32,000 nucleotides of DNA from Methanocaldococcus jannaschii DSM 2661 (GTDB taxonomy: Archaea > AGJL01 > Methanococci > Methanococcales > Methanocaldococcaceae), in the NCBI RefSeq assembly GCF_000091665.1, contig NC_000909.1, positions 1,434,118-1,466,117 on the forward strand, written 5' to 3'. This document shows, in pieces, positions 31,937 to 32,000 of this stretch (positions are counted from its first letter, which is position 1; each line of letters begins with the position of its first letter). The position numbers were made by a program, and so were the translations under genes. The notes under the pieces are model-generated. The model was not told where the DNA came from and searched no databases. It worked only from the letters and a program-made list of their open reading frames with translations.

Positions 31937-32000
31937 GTGGGGTTATGAAAAAATATTATTTAATAGTCCTTATTTCTTTTCTTATTTTTTATTTGAGTAT

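Overview
This AT-rich, compact archaeal window looks like Methanocaldococcus jannaschii or a very close relative. From memory the genes run roughly from MJ1465 (threonine synthase) to just past MJ1490 (dihydroorotase). No database was searched. The most notable regions are: (1) A tightly packed seven-gene surface/pilus-like operon (2440-10677). It encodes class III signal-peptide pilin-like proteins, a 1009-aa multi-PKD protein with a C-terminal 'VPIPP - TM - basic tail' sorting-like signal, a small archaeosortase-like protein with Cys/Arg/His motifs, and two large DUF2341-like minor-pilin candidates. (2) A cas-less CRISPR array (22750-23218, 7 repeats, 6 spacers). Two repeats of a different, covarying family lie at its leader-distal end (22598-22701). 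A terminator-like hairpin lies between the two families and uses the last repeat as one arm. (3) A GC-rich 76-bp structured insert after the Nob1-like gene, flanked by a 45-bp direct duplication of that gene's 3' end (12144-12309). (4) An apparent frameshifted membrane-protein ORF that is restored by deleting one unit of a 2x8-bp tandem repeat (29616-29631), with an unlisted 40-aa single-TM small ORF convergent to it (29988-30110, minus). (5) Two palindromic operator-like sites 74 bp apart flanking the aminotransferase promoter. (6) An insertion sequence (about 1624-2326), a divergent MCM paralog, and a radical-SAM/phytoene-desaturase-like gene pair. Most other genes are ordinary metabolic or RNA-modification genes.
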